Shown: piece after piece, positions 32,501 to 44,612 of the stretch
Layout: each line of letters begins with the position of its first letter
Numbering within the stretch: the stretch's first letter is position 1
Source of the DNA: Octopus bimaculoides
Lineage: Eukaryota
Direction: 5' to 3'
Length of the DNA stretch: 45,886 nucleotides
NCBI RefSeq assembly: GCF_001194135.2
Contig: NC_069003.1
Coordinates: 21,991,317-22,037,202, forward strand
The notes under the pieces: generated by a model
Seen by the model: the letters and a program-made list of their open reading frames with translations, nothing else
Told to the model about the DNA's origin: nothing
Databases searched by the model: none
Made by a program: the position numbers and the translations under genes

Positions 32501-35500
32501 CTGCAGCATCAAATGATCAAACAGGAAATGGAGGATATGTCCATACCAGCACATACAACGGATAACTGAGGTAGGAGGCTGCAGGATGATGCCTGCACAC
32601 ACGCACACAGTTCTTTATTGGAAACGTGATGGTTCCATCCGATGTTCTTGATGGTTCTCAGTGCTCTGCTATCAAACTCTTGGCCCCTCTGGCAAAGAGG
32701 AGCTAAATATAAACAACAACAACAAATTACTTATTTACAAGCATAAATCTCAAAGTTACATACCATTCAGTGTTGATAAGGCAAAGTAAGTGCCTTTGGA
32801 GACTTCTCCGAACTTTGATGGACATATACCACCCAACATTTCAGTGTAGACATTCATATTTCCAGTCTGGGATGTGCCAAGTGATTGATAGATCACATCT
32901 TTACTACAAATAAAACATTTTTTAAATATGTATAAATTTTAAACAGTCATCATTGTTTAGTGTACACTTTTCCAATGCCTACATGGGTCAGACAGAATTT
33001 GTTGAGGCAGATTTTCTATGGCTGGATACCCTTCCTGTCACCAACCCTCACCTGTTTCCAAGTAAGGTAACATTTTCTCAAGGCAAGACATTTGCACCGA
33101 CACCTGGAAACAAATGGCTCCGTTTGTATCACAGTGGCACTCTTTCACAACTATCATGTGATGTCAAGACTGGACATTAACACTCTACTGTCCATGTTTG
33201 GCTTCTTTCAGTTTCCTTTTACCATATCCACTCACATGTGGAGACACATGGCTTAGTGGTTAGGGTGTTGGACTCGTGATCAAGAGATTGCTGTGTTGAT
33301 TCCTGGACCAAGTGATACATTGTGTTCTTGAGCAAATTACTTCATTTTAAGTTGCTCCAGTCAACTCAGCAAAAATGAATAATCTTGTGACAGACTGGCA
33401 TCCCATTCAGGGAGGAATATATATGCCAGAGAAACATGAAAACTGGCTCTATGCTTCTTATAGGGTAATGTGAACAAACCATATCCATTCTCAAGGCTTT
33501 GGTTGGCCCAGGGATATAGTACAAAGACGCTTGCCCAAGGTGCTATGCAGTGCAACTGACCCCAGGATCACATGGTTGGAAAGTGTTCCCAAATGTAATG
33601 TGAAAAATTTTTTTTGCTTGTTCTATTAATTTTTTTTTTTGTAATATTATCTTACTTGGAAACCAGCAAGGGTTGGTAATCAGGAAGAGTATCTACCTCA
33701 ACAAATTCCATCCAAACCAGAGGCCATGGAAAGTGGATATTAAAATCATAAACAAAGCCATGCATATAATGCCAATCAACAGCAGGGAAAGTGGAGGCAA
33801 CGACGATTGGTTAATGTGTATTACTTGAACACAAGAGCAGGCTTCAGGAAAGGCATCTAGTTGTAGGATATTATGTTTCATCCAACTAGTACCAACATAG
33901 TATAAGGACATGTAAAGACTCTCTCTCTCTCTCTCTCTGATACATTTTTTCCTAATAAAGATCTACTCACATTCTTTCATGAGGATTACTTGTGAGGTTG
34001 GTGTTGGGCTGCAGGTAAAGGCGGGCATAAGTGCCACCAGGCTGTGCCACTAGCAGTTCTGGCTGGTTGTCTACGGACATGTTCACTGTGATGGAACCAA
34101 TCTGAAGAAAGTAAAGATGTTTAAAAGAAATTTTTTTAAAAGTCTTTTAAAGATAAGGTAAAAAGATACAAATTCCTGAAAATAGGTAGGTCTAATGTGA
34201 TTGTAGAGATGCTTGAACAGAGGTGTTGATGTATGCTGCATACAAGAGGTAAGGTGGAGATGAGCTTCAACCAGGGTCCTCACTGGCAAGGCACATAAGT
34301 ATAAAATCTTCTGGGAAGCCGACAGTGACAGAGTAGGGGGTGTAGGCATACTCCTCACAGAGAAATGGGTGGATATGGTCATAGAGGGCTTAAGCTCAGG
34401 CTAGTCTTGCAGAATAGTATAGCTACAATTATCTCTGCCCACACCGCACAAGCGGACCTTCCAAATGATCAGAAGGACCACTTTTATGATATCTTTCTAC
34501 AGGCTATCTCAAAGATGAGTGGCGATGACCTCATCTTTGTGGCTGGAGATTTTAATGGGCATGTCGGACAGCAATCTGGTTTCTTCCATGGTGTTCATGG
34601 AGGCCATGGAAATGGTTTCCAAAACGAAGAGGGAACAAGGCAATTGGAGTTCTGTGATGCAAATAACCTATCAATCTGCAACACCAACTTCAGGAAGCCA
34701 ACCAGCCACCTGATAACCTATCATATTGATTTCATCCTCACCAGACAGTGAGATGCATGGTTCCTCTTAAATTCTTAAATACAAAGACGCTCCCTGGTGA
34801 AGAATGTACCCCGCAGCATTGACTAGTCAATAGTGAATTTAGACTTGAGACCAGAAGGATACCAAGAAGCAGACCAATCCAAAAAAGGATTTGGAAGCTT
34901 AAGAACCCTTCACATGGTCAGACATTTAGGGATATCCACATAGAGAAATTTGATGAGAGGGAAGAGGAGCTACAGACTTGTGGCATAGAGGGTAACTGGA
35001 AATTACCCTCTATGCCACTGAGCTTACTGAGCACCTTTACAGACTTAGGGTAACGTGGTGGTGGGATAATACTGTAGAAAGGGTCATTAGAGCAAAGAAA
35101 CAGGCCTGGAAAACCTGGAAGAGTGGGGGCAGCAGGGAACGGTACTAGATAGCCAGACGGGAGGCTAGTAGACAGGTATATATAGCCATGAGTGGTTGGC
35201 ATTAGGAAGGACATCCAGCTGTAGAAACCTTGCCAGATCAGATTGGAGCCTGGTGCATCCTCCTGGCTTGCCAGTCCCCAGTCAAACTGTCCAACCCATG
35301 CCAGCATGGAAAACAGACATTAAACGATGATGATAGGAAAACCATAAACAAATGAGAAGGGGGAGAGAAGGATGGAGAGGAAGAGAAAAGCAAGAAAAAA
35401 AAAGAGAAAAGAGGAAAAGCTATTTCATTAAATTGTAAACTAGCATTCCATTGGTTACGATGATGAGGGTCCCAGTTGATGCAATCAACAGAACAGCATG

Positions 35501-38500
35501 CTTTTGAAGTGGCCGAGCACTCCACAGACACACGTACCCTTAACGTAGTTCTCAGAGAGATTCAGCATAACACAGAATGTGACAGAGCTGGCCCTTTGAA
35601 TTACAGGTACAATTCATTTTTGCTATGCAAGTGGACTGGAGCAATATGAAATAAAAGGTCTTGCTCAAGGTCAAAACACGACACCCGGAATTGAATGCTG
35701 ACCTTGAGATCATGAACCGAATCAGCCACATATGCCTTCACAGTTGAAAAATGGTAAAAGAAAGAAGAAAGGCCAGGGTGGAATCTGTTCTGGAAAGTTA
35801 GACATAAAGAATATACTGACCTGTCCATTTAGCTGCCATTTACCAATTTGCTCCAAACGTCCAGCCGAATCATCTACTGTATCTGTTTCCCTCCATCGAA
35901 ACAGTCGCACAGTACGATCAGAATAACCAACAGCCACTTCAATACGTCCATCTGAATCTGCAACATAACAGAGACATAAAATTAACATGCAGCAACACAT
36001 ATAGGCACTAGTATGGTTGTGTGGAAAGAAGTTTGCTTCCCAACCACATGATTTCAAGTTCAATCCTGTTGTGTGACATTTTGGCCAAGTGCCTTCTACC
36101 ATACCCTCAATCCCCTTGTTGACCACAAGCCTTGCAAGTAGATTCGATAGACAGAAAAAGAAAGAAGTCCATCACACACACACATATATGGGTGGGTGTG
36201 TGTGTGTGTGTGTGTGTGATTGGGAAGCAAACTCCATACCACACCTTATATATATACATTATATATAATTATATATATATTAGAGAGAGAGAGAGAGAAA
36301 TGCAATTGACAATCTAACAATTTATTTACATTATAATATAATATTTATTACTTTTGATCAAACTGCAAACATCTCCACTTTTAGATCCACACATTCAGTT
36401 GCCAACCGATAATAATGGAAAATCGGTGGACAACGGAGTGCGTGGATCTAATAGTGGAGATGTGAGCATTTTGATCAACTGTTATGTTATTATATTATAA
36501 TGTAAATAAATTGTTAGATTGTCAATTGTTTTTCTCTAATTCATTATTTGTAATTAGTATTTATACCCCTATTTCTGTGGTATCCGACTGCTGTACCATT
36601 GGACGTTTTAGAACCCTTAGAAGGGATTGCTTTTTCCTTCGTTTGTTTTATATATATATATATATTGGTGTTAGGAAGGGCATCCAGCTGTAGAAACTCT
36701 GCCAAATCAGATTGGAGCCTGGTGTAGCCATCTGGTTTCACCAGTCCTCAGTCAAATCATCCAACCCATGCTAGCATGGAAAGCGGACATTAAACAATGA
36801 TGATGACGATGATGATATATATATATAACACACACAAGAGAGAGAGGGATAAAATACGCACATACGTGTGATCAGATATGGCTGCATGGTTAAGGAGTTC
36901 ACTCTCAACTAGATTATTTCAGGTTCAATTCCAATGTGGAACATCTTGAGCAAGTGCTTTTTTTTTTTTTTTTACTATAGATCTGAGATAACTAAAGCCT
37001 TGTGAGGAATTTAACAGGCAGATCTATGTGCATGCATGCGTTTTTGCTTACATTTGCTGCAATCACTCTGCTGATATTGCCCTTGAACGGGTCATCCACT
37101 GCCTTTGCACATTGGAAGACATGAAGTAAGATGTGAAATAAGAGAGTGTGTATGTGAAAGATAGATACACAGGCAGAGTGATGTCACCATAGTAACTAAT
37201 GATACTTTCATTATGTAACAGTCTACTATTAAAAGAAGGTACATGCATGAATTAAATATTTTTACCGGCAGCATAGCAATGGGTAAAGACTTAGTAGATA
37301 TTATACATGCCCCCTTGTTTTATAGGAAAGGGTTAAACGCCATCCTACCCACTACAGAAGGGTCAGACATACTCACCAACATCAGCCAGCAACATTAATT
37401 TACTATTGGCAGGGAGATATTCAGTAAACGTTGGCTTTAAGAAGCTTCTGGAATTTTCATCACTTTCAAAACTACTCTGAAATTAAAAAAAAACAAATTT
37501 GTTTTTGTTCTTACATATTTATTAATTTGTTATTGTTCTTACATATAAATTAATTTGTTATTGTTCTTACATATATATATAAATTTGTTATTGTTCTTAC
37601 ATATAAATTATTTTGTTATTGTTCTTACATATATATTATTTTGTTATTGTTCTTACATATATTATTTTGTTATTGTTCTTACATATATATATTAATTTGT
37701 CATTGTTCTTACATATAAATTTGTTATTGTTCTTACATATAAATTTGTTATTGTTCTTACATATAAATTTGTTATTGTTCTTACATATAAATTTGTTATT
37801 GTTCTTACATATATATTATTTTGTTATTGTTCTTACATATATATTATTTTGTTATTGTTCTTACATATATATTATTTTGTTATTGTTCTTACATATATAT
37901 TATTTTGTTATTGTTCTTACATATATATTATTTTGTTATTGTTCTTACATATATATTATTTTGTTATTGTTCTTACATATATATTATTTTGTTATTGTTC
38001 TTAACTATATATTATTTTGTTATTGTTCTTACATATAAATTTGTTATTGTTCTTACATATATTATTTTGTTATTGTTCTTACATATATATTATTTTGTTA
38101 TTGTTCTTACATATATATTATTTTGTTATTGTTCTTACATATATATTAATTTGTCATTGTTCTTACATATAAATTAATTTGTCATTGTTCTTACATATAA
38201 ATTTGTCATTGTTCTTACATATATATATTAATTTGTCATTGTTCTTACATATATATTAATTTCTGAATGTAAGAACAATAACAAAATAATATATATGTAA
38301 GAACAATAACAAAATAATATATATGTAAGAACAATAACAAATTAATGTTGACAGACATGCAGAAACATACAAGCAGTGCTGGTGCGTTTACATCCCTATA
38401 ACTTAGCAGTTCAGCATAAGAGATCAATAGAATACTAGGGTCAAGAAATAAGTCCTAGGGTTGATTTGTTTGACTAAAAACACTTCAAGGTGGTGCTCCA

Positions 38501-40213
38501 GCATGGCCACAGTCAAATGACTAAAACAAGTAGAAAAGTAAAAGAATGGCTTTCACAAAAAAAGTGTTAAATGGAGGGGAGTGGCCAAAGTAGTAATGGT
38601 AAGAAGTCAATGAGGGCTTTGGAAAAAACCCCGACAAGAGTGGCTGTGTGGTTAAGCTTGCAACCCAACCATGCAGTCTTGGGTTCAATCACACAGCACA
38701 GTATCTTAAGCAAGTGCCTTCTACTATAGCCTTGAGTTGACCTAAGTCTTATGAGTGAATTTGGTAGATGGGACTGAAAGAAGCCCAACTGATAAAAGGC
38801 AGTGCTCCAGCATGGCTGCAGTCAAATGACTGAAACAAATAAAAGAATAAAGAGTGTGTGTGTGTGTGTTTCAAATTTTGTCTTACCTGCTCAACTACGG
38901 AAAAACGGATGCTAAATGATGATGGTGATGATCCAAGAATTACTAGCAGAGAAAGGATAAGCAGTCAAAGAAAATAACACTGCCATGTAACAGGTAGCTT
39001 CTATATGAAATATCCAAGAATTAAACAAGGCTGTCAGAAATGCCAAGGGGTAAAATAATCCAAAGGACTCACCTCTGTTGATTCCACTTCAACATCAAAT
39101 ATATAGCACCAGCCCTTGGCAGTTAAACAAACCAAGGAATTCTGAAATTAGTAAAAGAAAAAAAAAATGGTTTCAAATTTTAGCACAAAGCCAGCAATCT
39201 TAAGTGGTTTGTCAATCACATTAACCTCAGTGGTCAACATGTACTTATTGTATCAAACCTGAAAGGATTAACCCTCCAGCATTCAAATTATTCTGCCTAA
39301 TGTAATGCCTATTTATTCACTTTATTTTGAATTAATCATGCATTATCTTGTAGCTTCAAGATTTCAGTGATGTAATTATTTATTTTTAGAATGACATTGT
39401 AAGGGGGGTGTGAAAAGCCAGATCTGGCTGGTTTAAGGAACCTCAGCAGAATTTAAACTCAGCTAGTAAGAGTAATCCTGCAACAGACCAGTGCCCTGTC
39501 CCAAGAGGAATATATACACCAAAGAAACCGGTCCTATGCTTCTTATGGAGTAATGTGGACGGGAAGAAATACAACGAAGCATTTTGCCTGACACATTAAC
39601 AATTATATATTAGTGACAGAGGCAGGATTAATATTGAGAGGTAGTATTTATTCCCACTTGTCGCTGGCAAGGAGACAAGTGGCTGTTATCTCTAGCAGTT
39701 GAGCATCTATCATTGACAAGACCAAGGAAGGTCAAAATCTGATGGCCTCAGCACTGGAGGTGGCAGGGATTTATCTCCCTGCTAACAATATAAACAAGAG
39801 TGCATTTTGCACCAAGAACCAAATGAGAGTTTCTCTCATGGTAATTGCAGTACAGATTGTTCTAAAAGAACATCCACTTTTAAGTGGGGGTTAAAAAACA
39901 ATCACATCATCAAAGCTACAAGAGTATGCATGATTAAATTAAAACAATGTGCATAAATAAGCATTACATTTTTATCAGAGTAATTTGAATGCTAAAGAGT
40001 TAAGCTGTCTGGAATGAAAACATGAAATTTAGATGGAAGAAGCCTTTAGTTTCGATCACTTTAAACCAGGAGGAAATATCAAGCAAGTTGGAACTAAGAA
40101 AGTTAAAGGCCGATCTAGGTTAAAAACAACATTATGTATCTTTATTGTGTAACTTCATATACGTACCTTACCACAATTACGAATGTCACCCACTTTTACA
40201 CAGGTTATCTATG

Positions 40214-40252
<39 letters not shown>

Positions 40253-41052
40253 GAAAGTAATACAAAAACAGCTCAATCCTAAATAATCAGTTTCTTAAAC
40301 TGGAATCAGGATGAAGAGGTTAAGAGGGAGTCATTGTATGTGACTGTGTCAAAACAAATGAAGATAAGATGAGGAAGGCAGAGCATTGGATTAAGTGAAG
40401 TAATTAGTGCAAGATCTAAGGGAGTAGGTGATGGACGAGGAAGTAAATGACATCACCACCATCAAAATCATCCTCCTTTAATGTCAGTTTTCCATGCTGG
40501 CATGAGCTGGATAGTTTGACCAGAGATGGCAAGATGGAGAGCTGCACCAGGCTCCAGTCTGATTTGACTTGGTTTCTACAGCTGGATGCCCTTCCTAATG
40601 CCAACCACTTTACAGTGTGTGATGGGTGCTTTTTACATGACACTGGCATGGGAGGCTTTCTATGCAGCACGGGCTCTCTTTATGTGACAATGGCATGGCC
40701 ACTCCTTGCATGATGCCAGCATGGGCACTCTTTATGTGGCACCAACACAGGCTCTTTTTACAGGACTCCAGCACAGGGCACTTGCAAGGCAAAAACCCCT
40801 TTCAGCTGGGAGAGAATTAACAATTCTGCTGTGGTGGACAGGGCTTCTTGAGTACAGCAAGGTACCAGAAGATATATTTTTTTTTAACCCCCAAAGTTTT
40901 ATGATTTCTACAACTCTGTTGCTTTTACAATCAACAAGAACAAAAACATCACTTACCATTCCTAAATCTGAACATTTTTTCCAGGGGCTCGACTTTTTAC
41001 CTTTAAATATGGACAAACTGCCTTCAATATTACCCACAGCCAATTCATTTCC
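21914..41052 (-). CDS. ITFG2: ITFG2 (integrin-alpha FG-GAP repeat protein 2, KICSTOR subunit), 10 coding exons located; first coding exon missing
   Basis: Exons 40957-41052, 40167-40208, 39073-39141, 37377-37476, 35821-35957, 33971-34101, 32764-32903, 30419-30625, 28562-28738 and 21914-21978 all have GT-AG boundaries and compatible phases (1164 nt, 387 aa plus stop). Peptides match recalled human ITFG2, e.g. [36 protein letters not shown]. Confidence 0.93.
24772..26546 (-). mobile_element. Penelope-like element 3' fragment (GIY-YIG) bounded by ~265-bp inverted repeats
   Basis: [17 protein letters not shown]...LSKYIWE...WEIV...KCRH (25606-25932) and [17 protein letters not shown] (about 26080-26140). 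Arms 24772-25036 and 26281-26546 are reverse complements. Confidence 0.82.
27611..27795. mobile_element. Palindromic MITE
   Basis: gttaaatacagctacc ... ggtagctgtatttaaac and flanking arms pair. Confidence 0.65.
28562..28738 (-). CDS. ITFG2: ITFG2 exon [26 protein letters not shown]...LSID
   Basis: ttgcag acceptor, gtaagc donor, 177 nt; compare human SPCLVYVTFNQKIYVY. Confidence 0.92.
29200..30050 (-). mobile_element. Decayed RTE LINE fragment
   Basis: [13 protein letters not shown]...ERLLNMENA and WKRKIWKLK, homologous to the 3300-3900 region. Confidence 0.7.
30419..30625 (-). CDS. ITFG2: ITFG2 exon [22 protein letters not shown]...ENVAAFAAG
   Basis: ctttag acceptor, gtaaat donor, 207 nt; strongest match to ITFG2. 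Confidence 0.95.
30755..32010. repeat. Short interspersed MITE-like family (several copies)
   Basis: agcattcaga...ttttgaattaatcat...tagaatgacattgt...ggtgtgagaggc at about 30755-30970; reverse copies at 31655-31830 and 31840-32010; others at 39290-39430 and 39890-40010. Confidence 0.65.
32764..32903 (-). CDS. ITFG2: ITFG2 exon KDVIYQSLG...[10 protein letters not shown]
   Basis: ttgtag acceptor, gtatgt donor, 140 nt; compare human GLFALCTLDG. Confidence 0.88.
33971..34101 (-). CDS. ITFG2: ITFG2 exon IGSITVN...[13 protein letters not shown]...
   Basis: cttcag acceptor, gtgagt donor, 131 nt; compare human PELMVSQPGCAYA. Confidence 0.9.
34150..35165 (+). mobile_element. Decayed RTE LINE endonuclease fragment
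   Basis: IISAHTAQ...[10 protein letters not shown]...[24 protein letters not shown], same family as 3792-4295. Confidence 0.82.
35821..35957 (-). CDS. ITFG2: ITFG2 exon [22 protein letters not shown]...KWQLNGQ
   Basis: ttgcag acceptor, gtcagt donor, 137 nt, FG-GAP-like motif. Confidence 0.93.
36293..36538. mobile_element. ~245-bp near-perfect foldback element (MITE)
   Basis: caattgacaatctaacaatttatttacattataatataat pairs with attatattataatgtaaataaattgttagattgtcaattg; pairing continues inward to a short loop near 36410-36425. Confidence 0.8.
37377..37476 (-). CDS. ITFG2: ITFG2 exon SSFESD...[20 protein letters not shown]
   Basis: tttcag acceptor, gtgagt donor, 100 nt; compare human [20 protein letters not shown]. 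Confidence 0.9.
37495..38345. repeat. Minisatellite, ~24-30-bp unit ttgttattgttcttacatata(ta)n, terminal units inverted
   Basis: Roughly 30 direct units at 37495-38260, then reverse-complement units (gtaagaacaataacaaa) at 38265-38345. Confidence 0.92.
39073..39141 (-). CDS. ITFG2: ITFG2 exon [23 protein letters not shown]
   Basis: tttcag acceptor, gtgagt donor, 69 nt; compare human NLLVAVSAEGWFHLFD. Confidence 0.9.
40167..40208 (-). CDS. ITFG2: ITFG2 exon [14 protein letters not shown]
   Basis: catag acceptor after a T-run, gtacgt donor, 42 nt; compare human LTCVGVGDVCNKGK. Confidence 0.92.
40957..41052 (-). CDS. ITFG2: ITFG2 exon [32 protein letters not shown]
   Basis: ttttag acceptor, gtaagt donor, 96 nt, phase 0/0. 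Confidence 0.92.
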
Positions 41053-43045
41053 CTAAAACAAAAATTACTATCAATGATTTCTAACAGACACAAGGTCACA
41101 TATTTTACAGGAAAATACATTTGATGACATCAACCTCAATGTATGACTGGTACTTTATCTTTTTCTCTTTATCAATATCCAGAGTTTACCTTGGTGCAAT
41201 TTGAAATTCAATTTATACTGACAACTAGAAAGCATGAAGTATTTCGCTAGAAGCCTCTATAAATTCTATCACATGGCAGTTTATTACCAATTATTTACAA
41301 CTTGGTTACTTGACCTACAAGAGACAACAGCCAAATCTCCTTCAAATAACATCCGTAACAAAACGGAAAGAGCACAGATGAATGTGTGTGTGTGTGCATG
41401 CGCATATAAAAGCTTGTTTCTGCATTTTTGTTTCATTAGTATAGAGCAGGGACTGTTAAAGTGGTGAATATTGAACACTGAAAGGTTAAATAAGGCTATC
41501 TAAAATGTCAATAAACACCTGAAACAACTGAGGATTAAGAATGTTGAATTATTTAAACTGAACCTAGAAGAATGTGGGTAAGACTCCCTATTTTCCAGCC
41601 AAAAATCAATACAGTAACTAACATTTACTAAACATGTTTCATGTTAAATATTCTATTTCGATATAAAGAACACTGAAATCTGTGATAAATACTTATTCTA
41701 TCAAACAAAAGAATGTTACTATGAACGACAGATACCGAGATAGTTCAAAGCTTATAGTTCTTGGACTAGGTATCATAGTCACAGTCATCAAGGAACTGAT
41801 GTTAGCTGATCATTATGTGTTGTGGTCACCATCTGTCCATTGTTTTTAAGTTGTCACAGCACACTGGTCTGCTGCTGGTTCTGCTACTGTCTGCTGACAG
41901 TTGTCTTGTGTCTGATCCACTTTCTTGCTATCTGCCAGTAGTGGCTCAAATGTGCTGAGTGGTGGTATAGCTCAGAAAAAGTGTGTCAAAAATGAAATTG
42001 TCACATATGGTTTCACACAAAAGTGAATGCTTAGATTTTTAAAAATGATAAAAGTTTTGCTGACCCTGCCCCCTGATACAGAATAATAGTCAATTCCTGC
42101 TATCATATTCATGATAGACTATGTTCTCTATCAGAGAGAGATAAAGCAGAGGGAGAGAGAGAGAGAAAGGAAATCTCAACAGGAACTTCAATGTCCAAAA
42201 CTAAAATCATTAAACTATATTAAAAGGAGAGAGAAGGAGAAGAACAGAGTGATAGAGAGATAAAGTAAAGAGGAAAATAAAGCAGAAGATAGAGAGATAA
42301 AGCATAGGGAGAAAGTAGATAAAGTGATAGAAATTAAGTAGATCTAAACAATATTCTAATTTGTTTGTGGGGAAATGATTATTTAACATTTATAAAAACA
42401 GTACATGGGCAACAATATAAGATCAATTGCTCCATGTTAATGGCAACAGAAGAAAATATTCACCTACAGAGGCATTTTTTTAAGGATAAACATTTAGAAT
42501 CAGGTGAGCTCTAGACATGCAAATTTATGATTAAGGCTTTCCAGTCATGACCATTCCAACTATTTCAAGCAGTATGGCCAAGATTGTTATCTGAGTTTTT
42601 CTTTCAAAAAAAAAAAAAAAAAAAATGGAGTTTAGCTGCTATTACTAGCGAGGCGAACGACCATGTAAAGACCTCATTGGCTTGTCACACTTCTGTTTCA
42701 TATTGACTCAGTGGTGGTTCTCTCCTCTTTCTAATAGGGCAAGAAAAAGTAAAACAAATAATTAGAATGATTTTAGAGAAAGAATACTTGATAAAATACC
42801 AGTGTTTTACCTACTAAAATATAGAAAAAGGTCCAAGGAATGTGTTGGTGTACAATGGCAAAAATTATAGTGACAGCCAGATAAGACTAGCTATCCCTAA
42901 CTTCATGTAAAAGGAAAAGGTTAAGGTTAAGAAATTGGGTGGCATTTGTTTTAGTATTCTTGTGTTTCAGACAAGGGAAATTACAATTCTAAAAACATTT
43001 TCCCCAAGACATTCAATTTCTGAATTTTTATCTCTTATAATTCCA

Positions 43046-43246
43046 GGCCAACACAGCAAGTTACGAAGTTTCATCAATGAACAAGTACGACATTTCAAAA
43101 GTTATTGCGCTTCCATCAACACCACATCCAACCTATCAACTATCCATGAACACACTGAAAAATCCGTATAAACCCATTTTTATCTTAGACCACATTGTTT
43201 ACATAGACGTAATAATTTACAAAACGTCGTAACTTGCTGTGCTGGC
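43046..43246. mobile_element. Small MITE
   Basis: ggccaacacagcaagttacga / tcgtaacttgctgtgctggct terminal inverted repeats. Confidence 0.6.
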
Positions 43247-43329
43247 TCTAAATTCTATAGAAAATGTGCAGAGGTAAACCATTAAGCAAAAAAAGCACAT
43301 GCTTAGGGCATCAAGGGACAGGACCACAG

Positions 43330-43680
43330 AAATGGTAAATGGTTTATGGCACAAAAGAAATCACTTTAAACTTGCAAAAATAATATTCAGGATGCCATTA
43401 TCTCTACTAAGTATAGATGCAGATGTGTTACCTCAGATTACTTTTGAGGATCTGATCAAAGACTTTGTGATTCAAAAACATAGGAGGAAACTTTTCAAAT
43501 ATAAAATGGAAGTATACAAAAATAGACATTATTTTACCTATTACTGTTTTCTTTCGTTTTGAAAAATAAAAATTTATTTTATGGTTTGTTATTGTTTATA
43601 TTTTGAATTACATAATCTTTTATGGGGGCACCAAAATCATTTAAGTGCTTAGGGCCTCGATGGGTCTTAATGCAGGCATG
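43330..43680 (+). mobile_element. hAT transposase C-terminal remnant and 3' terminus
   Basis: LSLLSIDADVLPQITFEDLIKDFVIQKHRRKLF resembles the hAT dimerisation tail; terminus ...gggtcttaatgcaggcatg. Confidence 0.68.
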
Positions 43681-43865
43681 CTCTTAACACAAGGCAAGAA
43701 CACAATATTGACTTGTAAACCTGTAATATACTTGGTAGTATATTATGGTTGCAAAACGAAATACTGTGTCCCTGCCAGCAATTAATATCTAAATAGTTAG
43801 GTTAAAATACTTTTATGAATTTGTTTCACAAGATTCTTGATGTGAAACCATGTGTTAAAACAGAT

Positions 43866-44155
43866 GTTATATTTCGGGACGGTCATTTTCTTTTCCAAAT
43901 AAATACATGCACTATATATTCGTTCCTCACTCGTTTATTATTGTTCTTATCTTATGTCCCATTGTCCAGAAATCTTTCGTCACATATGTGACCTCTTCAG
44001 TGACTCCACCATGTCTCCTGTTCTGATGAAAGATTTCCAGTCAGTGGACATCTAATAAAATAAGAATAATAAACGAGTGAAGAACAAATATACATAGTGT
44101 GTGTGTGTGTGTTTATTTGGTAAGAAAAACAATGACAATCCCGAAATATAACAAT
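43866..44155. mobile_element. Palindromic Penelope pLTR-like remnant
   Basis: Arms ttatatttcggga...ttcctcactcgtttattatt and aataataaacgagtgaagaac...tcccgaaatataa are inverted; both carry gaaagatttc..ggaca. Confidence 0.65.
43964..44004 (-). ncRNA. Minimal type I hammerhead ribozyme-like motif
   Basis: gtca CTGAAGA g GTCAC atat GTGAC GAAA gat TTC tggac: conserved core, perfect 5-bp stem II, very short stem III and bulged stem I. Confidence 0.55.
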
Positions 44156-44220
44156 GTAAGTAAAAGTAATTGTGAATATATTGTTATATAGAATGGGTAA
44201 CAGGACCTAATTACATTTAT

Positions 44221-44612
44221 TTGGTAATCTTTCAGTATAAGGTGCTTAAAAAAGTAAATAAAAAATAAAGGGGAAATAAATAAGTCAACTTACTGTTAAC
44301 GTAGAGTGGCCATAGCTACTAAGAAGTGACAAAAAGTCTTTATCTTTGGTACAGAATCCCTCCATATAAACTCGTGTAAATATGAAACGAATAAATTGTC
44401 TGACGTTCCAAATTGACGTCGTAACTTTCTTTTTACCCACATCCATATATTCTCCACATTTTGTGTATGGACGTCTTTATTTGTTGGATCTACTAAGTTC
44501 TGATGCAGAACCACTTGTGAGTGTACATACCATTATTTAGGTATGAGAACCTAATTATTTCCCTTTTAATCTTTATTTTATTTTTAAAAACCCTATACTG
44601 AAAGATTAACCA
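44221..44612 (-). mobile_element. Merlin (ISXO2/IS1016-like) transposase fragment between inverted repeats
   Basis: VHTQNVENIWMWVKRKLRRQFGTS...SYLHEFIWR. Inverted repeats ttggtaatctttcagtataagg (44221) / ccctatactgaaagattaacc (44591). Confidence 0.78.

Noticed and set aside
37495-38345. CRISPR-like array, or the long ORFs 37613-38038 and 37821-38177
   Set aside because: No unique spacers, eukaryotic context; the ORFs are translations of the repeat unit.
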